Positions 39,366-54,163 are shown, counted from the stretch's first letter. The stretch: 64,000 nt of DNA from Octopus vulgaris (GCA_951406725.2 OX597827.1:3472001-3536000), one strand, 5' to 3'. Numbers and translations are program-made. The notes: generated by a model from the letters alone, not told the origin.

Positions 39366-40999
39366 AGCAGCATGTTTTCTTCATATCTTTAGCTGTTGTT
39401 TTTATTTTGTTTGTTTTTTTTCATTTATTTATTGTTGTTACTTTAGAAAATGGTAAACACAGAAAGAGGTAAACAGATGAAGTTTAAGTATTTGTTTAAA
39501 GGCAAAAGTAGATAAAATGGTGTTAGCGAAGCAAACACTGAAGAGGTTTTTCATCAACAAAAATACTGCAGTTTATATTTTCGCTGCTTTCTAATAAAAT
39601 TACCATTTCAGAGTTGTTGAACTGACACGATGTACATCTTCACACAGCTACAGAAATTCGCATGTCAGGCTTATAATCTATGTTAGAGAAATTAGGTAAA
39701 CATCAATCACATTTGCTTGCTTCCAACTGAGATAAGCAATAAAGAAAGAAATTATGATTGAAGTGTAAATGTAATAATGCTATTTAAAAGGTAAAAAGCA
39801 TCTGTGATCATTATTATTATTAGTAGTAGTAGTAGTAGTTGTAGTAATAGTAGTAGTATGTGTATGCATTTGTATGTATAAATACATATACAAACATATA
39901 TAAACACACACATACACATACATGCACACATGTATATATACGCACACATATACATAAACCCATATGCTTATACATATAGATACACACACATACTCATAGA
40001 TATGTGTGTGCATATATATATATATATAAAATATACACACTCATAGATATTTATATATATATGTATGCATGTGTGTATATATATATATGTATATATATAT
40101 ATGCTTATATATATATATACATGTACACACATACATGCTTATATATGCATATATATATAGACACACATTACACACACACAAATACATACATATACGCACA
40201 CATACATATATGTGTGTGTGTGTGTGTACCTTACACACACATATATATATATATATTGTTTCTTATTCTCTTATTTTCCGATTCTCTTTTCTAAAAGCCT
40301 CATCTTAATATTGTTAAGTTTTCAAATGTGAGAAAATATTTCCATACCAAATATTACTTTGAATGAATGTACAAAGTTTGTTTACATGGACAATTATTAA
40401 ATTATTTCACAAAAAAGAAAGAATGGATAATATAATAAAAAGCCAGATATTTATACAGAATGGTGACATCATATACTTGTCAAAGTCTGTTTGACAAACA
40501 TTTTCAAGAGAAATATTCCTTAAATATCATTTATAATGACATTTCTGAGAAACATTCTTCATGGCAAATCTAACAGAGTTTAAATGCTGTGTAACACACA
40601 CACACACACGCAGGCAGGCAGACAGACAGATAGATATAGATATAGATATAGGCACAGGTTTGGCTATGTGGTAAGCCTGCTTCCCAACTACATGGTTTTG
40701 AGTTCAGTCCCACTGCAAAGCACCTTAGGCAAGTGTCTTCTCTAATAGCTCTGGGTGAACCAAAGCCTAGCGAGTGAATTTGCTGGACAGAAACTAAGCA
40801 ATATACACACCACACACATACATAAATTCTGTCCAATACATAAAAAAGTCAATGTTAAAATGATGGTGATGATGTGATGTCTGTTCTTGTCCCACTTTCA
40901 TATGTCAATAACTGGCATAAATCTCCTCACCTCTCAAATACCCCTTCACATATATTTGGTCAAGAAATGTCATTTTCTTGTTTTTTTTTTTTTTTGGTC

Positions 41000-41610
41000 T
41001 TGCAAGATACCTGGCAACCTCACTAGTGCTGGTGTTACACAAAAAGTAGCTTATACACACTGTTAAGTGGTAGACATCAGAAAGGACTTCCAGTCATAGA
41101 AACTATACCAAAGCTGACACTGGGGATCAATGCAGCCCCAGTTGTGACTGGGACCTCTCAAACTGTCCAACCCATTTTTTTTCTTTTACTTGTTTCAGTC
41201 ACTAGACTGTGACCATGCTGGGGCACCACCTTGAAATTTTAGTGGAATGAATCAGTCTTGTTTTCTTTTTAAGAAGTGGTACTTATTTTATTGGTCTCTT
41301 TTGCCAAACCACAAAGTTATGAAGATACAAACATACCAACACCAGTTATCAAGCAGTGGGGTGGGGACAAACACAAAGACACCCCCCCACACACACACAC
41401 ATATACATATACACAACGGGCTTCTTTCAGTTTCCATCTACCAAATCCACTCACAAGTCTTTGGTTAGTCCAAGGCTATAGCAGAAGACACTTTCCCAAG
41501 GTGCCATGTAATGGAATTGAACCCGGAACAGTGTGGTTGGGAAGCAAGCTTCTTACCTCACAACCACGCCTGCCAGCATGGAAAACAGACATTAAATTAT
41601 GATGATGGTT
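41000..41610. mobile_element. Family C element (+) split by a family B SINE (-, ~41176-41571)
   Basis: The family C motif GTCCAACCCAT|GCCAGCATGGAAAAC is separated by the SINE. Confidence 0.75.
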
Positions 41611-41904
41611 ATAATGTGAATATATCCTCATCATACACACAAATACAAAACACACCATATTTGAACATAATCACTTTGACATTTCTAAAAAGGATTACGG
41701 AGGTACAACTGTCAGGAGCTCTTTCAAGGATGTAACTTAGTCAATAGGTTAACTAAAGAGACCTTAGTCCACAGCGGTTAAGCAGATAGACCACACACAC
41801 TCTGAATATGTTGAATAGATAACCCACAATTTTCTAGGTCTAATATAAACCACACACACACACACACACACTCTCTCTCTCTCTCCTTTTCTCTCTTTCT
41901 CTCT

Positions 41905-41949
<45 letters not shown>

Positions 41950-44923
41950 AATGATGGATCTCCATACAAACATCTGAAGATTCCTGATTTTTCTTGAGAA
42001 AGCTACAACAGTGTTTCCCTGTTGCCATCTACTAATTTAGTAGACTACTATTCATCATCTCTCCCAAGCTTCCTCCTGAGGCATAGAGCCAATTATAACC
42101 CTTAGGTACATAGAATGGTTCGTGAGACATCAAGACACAACCACATTCTGGCAAGGATGTGTGACATGTCTAGGGGTAAGTCATCCCCCAAGACTTGTGT
42201 GCCTTAGCCTCAAGACCATCATCTGCAATTTGACAATAACAGGGGACTTTGACAGGCACACTGGACCAGAGTGAACCTGGGAGCAGTAGAGACTAAAGAG
42301 TAACTTCATCTTTCCAAAACTCCCAAGCTGGAGCCTCACCACAAGATACAGTTTAATATCTTGTCCAAGACACAGACCACACTGTGTTGACCAAATAATG
42401 TAGAAACACAAATATCAATCATACAAACTGAAGGGATATTTACTATATAAACAACAGAGTGTAGATGTTGAATACATTATCCTGTTGAAAATAGCAGCTA
42501 ATTCTCCCTCAAATTGTAACTTATCACCTTGAAAAAAGAACACAATGGAGCCCAGGATGTACATCTATCCTCATTTATGACTCATTCATCACTGATCCAG
42601 GATAACACAGTACAATCAATTGTTATCAGCCAATTTGGGCTGATACTGTTTGGAACCAAAGGTATTGCAAGTGTTACTGTCAGGTCAACAAAGAACTGGA
42701 ACAGAGACCACAAAAGCAACTTGTCCAACTTTCCAGCAGTTTCACTAATCCATGGATGGTACTTTCTTTATTGATCGTGAAAGGAAAAAAAAATTTGCCT
42801 TTGACAGGATTTGAACTCATTGTGCAGAGAGTCAGCACAAATATCACAAGACATTCTATCCAACATTCTAACGACTCTACCATTTTAAAACTAAAAATAG
42901 AAATGTGAAATAAGAAACAGAATTTAGCTAACAGACACTGAAAGAGGCCTGTCATACATATATATTTGCATGTGTGTGTGTGTGTGTGTGTGCGTGCATG
43001 TTATAGTTTGTCTTGACATGACATGATAGTTGTAAATGAATAACATTATCATGCAGGATATATCCTTTGTTTCCAATCTCCCATGAAAACATGTCTGGTC
43101 ATAAGAAATATTACCTTACTTGGAATCGGGTATGAGTTGGTGACAGAAAGGGCATCCAGCTGTAAAAAAAATTGCCTCAGAATATTCCGTCAGTCCCATG
43201 TGACCATGGAAAAGTGGATGATGATGATCTAATGATTACTTTTAATACAAGGCTGCACATTTAGGAGCAGAAGCATAGGGGAACAAATCTACACTTGTCC
43301 TTAAGTGTTAATAAAGGGCATTTAAAACTGCACTTAGATAAGAAGATTAACTTAAGTAAATAGACCACAAAATCTCTACATGGTCATTTAATTTATCTGG
43401 AATAATAGCCAAATCTTTTCCAGAAAAAGGAAGGACACATTCAATAATGTATTCCTAGGTATCATTAAAAGACCAGATATTTCTGTCTAAAATGAATTCT
43501 GGGCTGAAACAACAGCAATAACCTATGAAAGAATTGTTGATCTGATAGAGCAGCAGCAGCAGTAGTAGTAGCAGCAGCTGTAGTCATGTATTAAATGCAA
43601 TCAACATCTGCTTAAGTAGAATTATTATATATGAGTAATTGATCCAAATTTCAGCAGTGACCCACTGGACATGCCAGATATGCTATGAGTAAGTGTGATA
43701 TCAGACCAATGGAACACTCTGACACGTGGGCCACTGAACTGCAGTTTTGTACAAGTTCTACATATATTTCATATAGGGCCATCTTACCTTGAAACGTCCT
43801 CAAGAAAAGAAATGCTTCCATAAATTAGCATTGAGCCCCAACATACATGGACATTTACGCACCCCATGCAACTGTACAGCGTATCCATGCGTTAATATAA
43901 CACTCATTCCATTCAGTGTGTTGACAAACTGGATATCCTTTTTGGCAGATAACTTTTCTTTTTTTCTTAAGGAGAGGCAGTGCCCATGATCCTTTGCAGA
44001 GAATCCGAGTCTGGTTGATGGGAGAGAGAGGGAGAAAGATATCCTCAAACCATAGACTTGGTCCAAATGCTTGCAACAGAATGGACTCTGCTAAATGTAC
44101 CCAAGGTTTCAAGTGGTGATGCTAAACAAGGCAATGGATTAAATCTACTTGTTTCAGCTATAGATTATGAACAAGTAAGCCATAGAAGAAACTGAACTCA
44201 GTAAACAGAGCCAGGACAAATACTGCAAGGTTTCCAATCCAATGCCCTAACAATTCTTCCAACCCACAACCCAGGATTGGGACTTTTTTTTTATTGTCCC
44301 TGAAAGGATGAAAGTCAAAGTTGATCTTAGCAGGATTTGAACTCAGAATGCAGAGTTGACTAAGTTTCAAACTCGTATTACAAAAGGTCATTTTGGAAGA
44401 TGAAGCTTTATTCTTCCCCGTTTCCCTTCCCTGCCCCTACAGTCATACTTATTAACAGTTTCAGTGATTTAAATATGGTACCATAAAATGCCAAATCCAT
44501 TAACATTTTATTTGTGCATTGCTGTTGACTTATGGGACACAGTTCTAGATGAGCAGGTGTTTTATACAATAATATTAATAAACTATGGATGGGCAGTAAG
44601 TTCACCAAGATATCGTTGCAATGCTGTATGTAACATTATACAGTTACATATGCAAAATTTCATACACACACATACACACACACACATACACACATGCACA
44701 TCAGACAAACAAGCAAGAGACCTGAAGCAAAGATCTAATGTAATACTGGAATTAACAGCTACTAGTGTGAAAAATAGCATATATTATTCATGTCATCTCT
44801 AGAAGAGGTTTTATGTAAATAACTTCAGATACAAATTACACTACATCAATACATAAAAACATAAGCAAGTATATGAGTGTTTGTGCATATATATATACAT
44901 ATATGCGTGTGTGCATGTGTGTG

Positions 44924-44966
<43 letters not shown>

Positions 44967-44982
44967 GGGAGTATAACTCCAA

Positions 44983-45003
44983 ATTTTTATCTCTAATTTA
45001 TAT

Positions 45004-45046
<43 letters not shown>

Positions 45047-45060
45047 TTAGAGATAAAAAT
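44983..45060. repeat. 78-bp AT-rich palindrome centred on (TA)n
   Basis: Exact 26-bp arms ATTTTTATCTCTAATTTATATTTTAT and its reverse complement; one mismatch overall. Confidence 0.9.
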
Positions 45061-45462
45061 ATATATATATATATATATATATATAGGCCTGCTCGTTTAG
45101 CCAGCAGGGTGGCGTCATTTGAAGGCTAAAACAATGCGAAGCACATTGTGACCAGCGATGTGTAACAACATCTGATAGCCTGGTCGGTCATGGTGATCAC
45201 GGTGATATATATATATATATCCTTCGTTTTTGGAATCTCCACTTATAGAAAATGGAAAAAACGGTCTTTGACTTCCATTTCTAATTCCTTCGGTATGAGG
45301 CAAAACAGCCTGCTGCTAGCCATCTTATTTTCTTTACTATATACTGAACCTTACAAAGGTCCTGACAATTAATTTGTCGTATTTACATACCGAAATTTAC
45401 CGGTAAATAATTGTTGGTTACATGATAAACCACAGGAAAATTATTTACCATTTTTATTGCAC

Positions 45463-45524
<62 letters not shown>

Positions 45525-45566
45525 CATGTACACACACAAACATTATAAATACGTAAATATAAGCAT

Positions 45567-45727
45567 AGGCATAGCTGTGCAGTAATAAGATGGCTTCCCA
45601 ACCACATGGTCACAGGTTCAGTCCCACAGTGTGGCACCTTGAACAAGTGCCTTCTGCTATAGCCTTGGGCCAACCAAATCCTTGTGAGTGGATTCGGTAG
45701 ATGGAAACTGAAAGAAGCTTGTCATAG

Positions 45728-45759
<32 letters not shown>

Positions 45760-45970
45760 GTGTGTGTGTCTGTCTGTCTGTCTCCCACCAGTGCTTCACA
45801 ACTGGTGTTGGTGTATTTACTGTCCTCATACCTTAGCAGTTCAGCAAAAGAGACCAATAGAATAAATACCAGGCTTAAAAAAAAGTACTGGGGTCAAGTC
45901 ATATGACTAAAATTCTTCAAGGCGGTGCTCCAGCATGGCTGCTGTCTGATGAGTGATACAAGCAAACGAG
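45567..45970 (+). mobile_element. Family B SINE
   Basis: Collinear with 57633-58048. Confidence 0.85.
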
Positions 45971-46156
45971 AATGAATGAGTGAGTGAGTGAGAGTGCATG
46001 TATGTATGTATGTGTGTGTGTGTATGTGTGTATGTATGTAAGACAATGACTCTTGCAAGAGTAGTCTTGTGTCCTCCATTTCATAATTCATTCATTCACT
46101 GTACTGGGTACTTTATGGCTTTGTGTATCTTCCTTAATGGAAATATACAACAATAA

Positions 46157-46230
<74 letters not shown>

Positions 46231-46231
46231 C

Positions 46232-46287
<56 letters not shown>

Positions 46288-46404
46288 AATGTAGATGCAG
46301 AAGTGGCTGTGTGGTTAAAAATTTACATTCTGATAATATAGTTCCAGATTCAGTCCCATTGAGCAAATGTATTTTATTATAACCCCAGGCTAAACAAGTG
46401 TGTG

Positions 46405-46479
<75 letters not shown>

Positions 46480-46514
46480 ATATATGGTAGCTTAAGTGAT
46501 TTAGGACACAAAGT

Positions 46515-47690
46515 GAGGAAAACCTGTGAGTCCATCACACAGTGGTAGAGATACTCAGAATATCTAATGAAGTAGCATGTATGATTACATCTGGATAGTT
46601 CATCAAGTTATACAGGAGGGTCTCAGACCCAATAACTGGTATAGCAATATCCTCATAAACTGCTACAAAGGCAAAGGAGATGTGTTAGAGGGAAATAACT
46701 AAAGAATCAGACTACTGTATCAGACTATGAAGGTCACAAAGAGAGTCATAGCTCAACAAATCCACAACTGAGTACAGCAAAATGCAATGCAGTTTAGCTT
46801 TGTACCCAGATGGGGCACCACAGATGCAATCTCCCTAGCGAGACAATTGCAAAAGAAATACTTGACTAAGAATAACCCACTATTCCTGATTTACTCTGAT
46901 TTGGAGAAGGCATTCACAAAGTAATTAGGTAGTTACTAAAGAAACTAGATCTAGGCAAAAGGTTTGTGAGGGCTATACAAGCTATGTAGAAAAATGTTGT
47001 AAGTGACCTGAGAGTTGACTACAATTTCATAATGAATTTAGTGGGAAGGTAGAAGTTCATCAAGGTTCAGTCCTTTATCTTCTCCAATTGATTATAGTTC
47101 CATGAGCCATCACAAGAGTCTAAGACTAGATATTCATGGGAACTACATACTGATGTTCTAGTTCTCATTGCTGAAATCTCTGGGAAATTACACAGGAAGT
47201 TCCAGAAGTGAAAGCTAAACCTAGAATTGAGAGTTCTCAAAGTAAACTTAGCAATGACAAAGGATTTTGTAAAAAGGAATGAAAACAACATCCTGGTATC
47301 AGGAGGAAAATCTTGTTTGAAATGCAGAAAACAAGTAGGCATGCAGTCCATATGCTACACACTATGTAAGGTATGAACATACAAGTATTGTAGTGGAATT
47401 ACACAGGTAGGCTAACAGGTAATATAAGCTCTCTATACAAGAAATGCACCGAAGCAGTGTGTACTATGAGCACACCAGAAATAGTTTCTTGTAAATGCCC
47501 AGATCACTCATTAGTGATTTGGGCATTTAGTGACGAGAAGTAGTCAACCGCATCAAGGAGATGTAATTAGCAAGGAGATGGCTCCGAAAGTCAACTAGCT
47601 AGAGTAAGAACAGGATGAAAAAATTTCAGACAGCTTCTGCCACTGCTGGAAACAAAGGTCTTTTCCCACAAAGTGAAGGCCTGACTGGGG
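46515..47690 (+). mobile_element. Old degenerate RTE LINE RT fragment
   Basis: Collinear with 50980-52140 (NCYKGKGD, GTTDAI, DLEKAF, HQGSVL motifs), with many stops. Confidence 0.75.
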
Positions 47691-48834
47691 TAACTGGCAT
47701 TATGAAGTTCTTGAGAGGAGCTGCCAAACTTGGTAAAACCAAATTTTGGAAGCATTCCGTGTGTATAAATGTATGTACAACAGAGCCCTTAGACCAATTT
47801 TCTTTTCAAAATACTCCAACAATTCATCATCTAAGTGTAATTTTTCCTTGATGCTATTAATCTTTTTCATCACCAAGAATCATTTCATTTGAAATCTGTC
47901 CCAAATCCTCAATACTGTCCTCTCCAGTCACATTTTACATTGATTTCTTTACTCAAGCCACCAAATCTCATCACCTCTTACTTTCCAAATCATCTCATCG
48001 CCTCTTACTTTCCCCATGCATGATACCTGACCCTCTCTCTCCCCTTTCACACCCTTGGTACCTATCCAGCTTTCACATAGCTTTCTCTCGGCTTTCACAT
48101 AGCTACTGCATCATTACTATTCTGCTGCTCTTCACTTCTATCCTCCCTATCTGCAATTTGCTACATCCACTTCTCAGCATTACCCAAACTCAACAGTTGT
48201 CACTTACTTATCCCTATCTCCCATATTTATCATCCACTCAACACCTGTCCTTCATTATTCACCCACTCTTACTCATTTCCCACCTCTCGCTCTCCCATAC
48301 ACTCTTGTAACCTCCACTCACCAACAGTCCCCAGGTTCCTCTGCCCCCATTCACTTCTACTCACCTCATATCTTGAGGGTCCACACAGATGTTTCACCAC
48401 TGTTCTTATCTCTTCCCTGCTCCACCCTAATCACACCCTCACCCTCCCTTTTAAAATATATGGAACCTCCACAGTAAGAAAGCTTGTCTCTCATGGCCTT
48501 TTTTCTTACACTATAAACTCTTATTTCCCAGCATAAAGCCACCGCTCTCATGGTTCATGGTCTTGCAAGTCACATGGTAATCTCATTAGGGCCAGTGACA
48601 CATAAAAAGGCACCCACTATGCACTGTAAGGTGCTTAGTACTAGGAATGGTATCCAGATGTAGAAATCATGCCAAAGTAAATGGAATAGCACAATGCAGT
48701 GCTTGGACTTAATGTCTTACAAACACACACACACAAATGTATATATAGCTATACATACCTTACACAAATATTTGTGCATTATTATAAAAATGAAATGTGT
48801 GTACATACACAGTAACATTTTGGTAAGAATGTAT

Positions 48835-48893
<59 letters not shown>

Positions 48894-48926
48894 TATATTT
48901 ACACACACACACTCATATATATATAT

Positions 48927-50430
48927 TAGGATTATGACTTTTTGATTTTATTTGGAAATAAACAATTTCCTCTATCAAAAGTCAATGAACAATTTCATAT
49001 AAGTAGGGAAAATAACCTTTATTTTAAGAGTTTAAAAAAAAAAAACCTCACCTCCATCTGAAGAAATCTAGCACCACTTTTGATCCAAATCATGCAAAAT
49101 TCTAAGTGGGTTGGGGTTCATAATGTCTACTCAAGTTTTTACCAAACTTGGTGTGCTGACATAATGCAATGCAGAAACAGTATATCTGAAATTTCAGCTT
49201 TCAATTTTAAGTAGTTTTGGAGTTACAGAGTTTTTAATTCGTTAGCACTTAGGCCCTACTTTAGGAAATATCTTCTTCCTCTCCTTTTTATTTCTGTGAC
49301 ATTAAAAACTCTGACTATATTAACTGTTTTTCAGAACAGTAGACTTATCCAACTAGAGTATCTTGGGTCACTCAAAGAAACAGAAAAATCTGGAAGAATC
49401 TCATGCATTTTCTAGACTCACATAGGAAAAGAAGACCTGTTCCTCTAAAAGAGCATTCTTTGGAAAACAGCTGCAGAATACCAATGAAACTTCAAATTGT
49501 TGGTCACTACCTGTTCCTTGGAGCTATCATCAAAGGAAGAAAAGAAAGAACAAAGGAAATTTCAAAAGAAATAACTTTTCTAGGGCAAAAGAAATTAAAT
49601 TTCCCATGATTATCAATTTAACATGTAGAAGCAAAAGTAGATAAAGTGCTGAATACCTATGATAAATGTGTAAAATGAGGAAAATACGATTCATTGAAAG
49701 AAATATTTGACATCACAAAGGAAAACGGTGAATGGCTGTGCAGTGAGGATAGAAGGTTATATTATCTTCAAACTGAAAGCAAAGGACAGGTTGGGTATGG
49801 AACTGGAAAGGCAGCCAGTTCCAAAACTATCTATCCATCCAAAAGAAGAAAAGTGTCCTTAATGCCAACTTCAAGCAGAGCAACTCCAGTGTCATCGTCA
49901 ACGTCTGAAGCAGAGACTGAAAGTGAATAACGAGAGTCCGAAAAATCCGATGAAGAATCCACACAAACAAGGAAGAAGTATAGCAAAACTGGAACTGCAA
50001 CCAAGTTAGTAATATCTTCCAATTGTATCAACCAAAAAGCAGTAACAGTTTGTCGACATTTATCACAAGATGGAATCAACATGGAGACTCCTTCGCAATC
50101 TGGTATTTAAAGATCGATTATCAAAGAAGCTGTTAAACTAAATAAGAAAATGAAGAAAACACCACACTTAGAAAACTGGTCATTACATTTTGAGAGTGAA
50201 CATATGGATGACCAAGAATATCAAGTGTTAGTTTAAAAGAATGAACAGACAGAATTTAAGTCAGAAGCACTCCAATTACCAACTGGAAAGCGGATGCTGT
50301 TGTGAAAGGAATAACAGCTGTTTTAGATGAACACAATTTATGGATACAGCAAGTGTGAACATTGGGAAAAGAAATGGCATTGTCATTCAGTTGCAAAAAC
50401 TGTTTGCTCAAAAGGGTTTGAAAGTACAGC
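48927..50430 (+). mobile_element. hAT-superfamily (hATm-like) transposase fossil, truncated by an RTE insertion
   Basis: Broken translation GEWLCSED...ETPSQSGI...WSLHF...LQLPTGK/ADAVVKGITAVLDEHNLW/DTASVNIGKRNG. The left end is uncertain. Confidence 0.6.
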
Positions 50431-52176
50431 AATATGATGTGGAAGAAAACTGGAGGCTCCTGTGAGACAACCTATTGAGGGATACTGGCCAGATCTGTGG
50501 ATGGTGCAAAGTCCCCTTTCAACCTAAGATAATGTGGTGGGGGAACAATGTAGGTGACAGGGCCATTAGGGAAAAGAAACAGGCATGGAAGGACTGGAAG
50601 AATGGTGGTAACAGGGAATTGTATCAAATTGCCAGAAGGGAAGCTTGGAGACAGGTTTACTTAGCCAGAGGGGAAGCAGATAAGAAAAAATTTGCCAATG
50701 TTCTGCTTCATGAGGACCAAAGACTTGTAGGTTTTCATGTTGTAAGACAGTGTGTGAGAGAGAATCGTGATGTCATACGAGAGAAATGTGTCCACATGGT
50801 TGATGGCTCACTTGCATTTAATGAGGCTGCAAAGAGAGAGACTTGGAGACTCCACTATGAAAGGTTGCTAAATGAAGAGAATGAATGAGAGAGAGTCTGC
50901 CAAATGTCGACCCAACAGAGGGACCAGGTATCTGAATTGACAGTACCTTGTTAGATAAAACAATTAAGGGTATTAAGAGAGGGAAAGCCCCTGGCCCATC
51001 AGGAATCACTGCAGAGATGCTTAAAATATCTGGTGGTGTTGGGTATAGTCTAGTCAACCATATAGTCAATCAGGTGATACATGAAGGAGTCATACCCAAT
51101 GACTGGTGTAGCAGCACCATAGTCAACTGCTACAAAAGTAAAGGTGATGCATTAAAAACGAATAATTACAGCGGTATCAAGTTGCTGAAAGTCATGGAGA
51201 GGGTCATGGCCCAACTAATTAGGATGAGGAAGAGAGTCAGTTTAGACATGATGCAGTTAGGGTTTTTGCCAGGGAAAAGCACCACTGATGCTATATTTCT
51301 GATAAGACAGCTGCAGGAGAAATACCTAGCCAAAGATAAACCTCTGTACCTGGAGAAAGCCTTTGACAGGGTCCCCCCCCCCATCCCTTATCTGGTGGTC
51401 AATGCAGAAACTAGGGATAGATGAGTGGTTAGTGAGAGCTGTATAAACCATGTACAGGGATGCTGTCAGTAAGGCGAGGGTTGGCAACAAGTACAGTGAA
51501 GAATTCCGGGTAGGGGTAGGGGTCCACCAAGGATCAATCCTCAGCCCCCTCTTATTCATTATAGTCCTCCAGGCAATAACAGAGGAATTCAAGACAGGAT
51601 GCACCTGGAAGCTTCTCTATGCTGATGACCTTGCTCTAATAGTTGAGTCACTACCAGAACTAGAGGAGAAGTTTCAGGTATGGAAGCAAGGTCTAGAATT
51701 GAAGGGCCTTAGAGTCAATCTAGCAAAAACCAAAGTCTTAATATGTAGGAAGGCAGTCAAAATCAGAAATCCCTTCAGGTAGATGGCCCTGCTCAATCTG
51801 TAGAAAAGGCGTAGGTAGAAACTCCATATGAGGTACTCGCTGTAAGCTATAGACACATAAGAGGTGCAGCAATATCAAAGGGAGGCTACCTGGGAAGATA
51901 GTTTTTGTGTGGCAAATGCTCATGGGTAATAAACACTGAAAATGTGCAGAAAACAGCTTCCGTCACATGCCAAGGAGAAAAACTAGATGTAGTTGATAGC
52001 TTCTGTTACATAGGAGACCAAGTCAGTAGCGAGGGCAGATGCTCTGAGAGTGTAGCTGCTAGAATAAGAATAGCCTGGGAAAAGTTCAGAGAGCTCTTAC
52101 CTCTGCTGGTGACAAAGGGCCTTTCACTCAGAGTAAAAGGTAGATTGTATAACACATGAGTGCAAACAGCCATGTA
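50431..52176 (+). mobile_element. RTE-clade LINE, reverse transcriptase pseudogene with PHD-like Cys/His module
   Basis: KAPGPSG, STTDAIFLIRQLQEKY, LEKAFDRVP, GVHQGSILSPLLF, LLYADDL and VNLAKTK motifs, with frameshifts and stops. Confidence 0.93.
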
Positions 52177-53416
52177 GAATTTTGATGCACTTCCCAACTT
52201 TTTCTCAGTATTTTTCATTTGTACATATGCTTACATATATACACACACACACATGTATCTATCTCATTAAGCAATCTGTCACATGCACACACTGGCAAAG
52301 AGAGGGCAATATAAAGTTATAACACACCGCACAAAACAAGGCCTTATGAGCACATACATATGCTAATAATAATAATGATGATGATAACATTGTACATTGT
52401 ATATGTACAATAGCACACATCTGATATCCTGTTTGGTACACATCCACTTGATATTTCACAGCACAAATATATGCTCCATGTGCAGCAAGTAGTATTGCAT
52501 AGGCAGAAATATTTATAATCCACAGGTCCTCTTGGAATAAATAAAAAAAATATGCATCTATTGACAAATTCAAACAATTCTTCCTTTACAACAACGTATT
52601 CTAGCACATACTATCAATTTGTGCCCAGTGTGTGTAGGTGTATGTGAGTGTTTGTGTGTGTTAGTGTTTGTGTGCATGCATGTATGTATGTGTGTGTGTG
52701 TGTGCATGTATGTATATGTGTGTTTGGGCATATGTAGTGGGTGAGTGCATTTGTAAGTATGTGTTTATGTACTGGGATCTATACATAGATAATTGCATAT
52801 ATACACAAATAGATATGCATGAAAGTATGTGTATATAAGTATTTTTCTGCATGGATATATATATATTATACTACACAACAACATGCTAAACACACAGATG
52901 CTGATATGGAGGCGTATGCACTTATTCAAGATATGCCTTTCTGTGTATGACTGCATGTACATGTGTCTGTGCATGTATGTATATGAATGACAAAATATAT
53001 AAAACAAGCGTGAATGTCTCTCTACACACATATTATACAGGTTTTAAGAGAATCCAAATTTTTAGAAATACTTTAGCGTAGATATTCATAAATTATTACA
53101 TATGCAATATTAGTTATGTAATGATGTATGTAAATATTATATAAGTAATAATGTACGTATATAGACAAATGTATGTATCTGTGCATATATATAAATTATA
53201 TATGAAGCAATTTGAAGAGACTCTTATCACTACCTGAGCAACATATGATACAGCAGGCTCACAAAACATAAGCAAGTGAGTCAAATAGGCAGCTTTGGAT
53301 AAAATACAAATTCTAAAATTTATGAAATGAAGCAGAACTTTTTATGAAAAAAAAAAATCTTGTAGCTGAAAACTGGATGATTCAAAATAACTGGTAATCA
53401 TTACCATTACTACTTT

Positions 53417-53642
53417 AGGCAAGCTGTAGGAACCATCAAAGAGTCAGACAAAATGTTTGATGGCATCTTTTTCTGGTCTCTTACATTCTGAGTTCAAATA
53501 CCACTGAGGTGGACTTTGCCTTCTATCTTTCAGAGGCCTGCAAAATAAAGTCCCAGTCAAGTACTGGGGAAGGAGGACTGTAGTCAACATAGCCTCACTC
53601 AAACAAGATTGTTGCCCCTGTGCCAATATTTGAAAGAATTAT
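53417..53642 (+). mobile_element. Family A SINE (one of only two plus-strand copies seen)
   Basis: CTGAGTTCAAAT...GACTTTGCCTT...TGTGCCAATATTTGAAA. Confidence 0.75.
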
Positions 53643-53721
53643 CATTAGAACTTGCCACAATCCCTCAACATCTGATACAGTTCCAGACAAATGCCTATCC
53701 AAGCTGAATTTGTCATATATA

Positions 53722-54118
53722 TCTTTATATATAAAAGTGAGGTTGTGTGCTGTCTGTCTCCTACGATTTAGATTCCTAACTACTCCCACATTTTGCGGTG
53801 CAGTTTAACCAAAACCGGGTATCTTATAGTCGTGATTCATATCGAGCCCTTCTGGGTATTAGCGCGCGTCTACGATGAGTCTACGATTTAAAAAAAAATT
53901 TACCATCAATTTTTCTCATTTTTAATGCACTTTTGACATATATAAGGGAAGTAACTCTATAAAAATGTATTATTAAATCTCAGAACGTAAAAAGCTACAG
54001 TAACACCCCCCCCTCTGTGGTTAGCCATATTGAGATGGCTATTATACTTTACATCTCTAAAAATGCTTATATAGTTGGATTCCTTACAAACCCGAGCAAC
54101 GCTGGGCGATACTGCTAG
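53722..54118 (+). mobile_element. Non-autonomous Helitron (397 bp)
   Basis: A|TC 5' end (TCTTTATATATAAAAG), subterminal hairpin CCCGAGC-AAC-GCTGGG at 54091-54106, CTAG|T 3' end, no TSD. Confidence 0.85.

Positions 54119-54163
<45 letters not shown>

Noticed and set aside
38686-39456. 232-aa poly-Ile and poly-Asp/Met/His ORFs
   Set aside because: Translation artefacts of a (GAT)n tract; the same applies to the YI/CV/THTH ORFs throughout the window.
18840-52176. The RTE piece at 50.4-52.2 kb ends near the KGRLY motif where the 18-kb piece begins, suggesting one element split by an inversion
   Set aside because: The 18-kb copy has its own TSD, so it is an independent 5'-truncated insertion.
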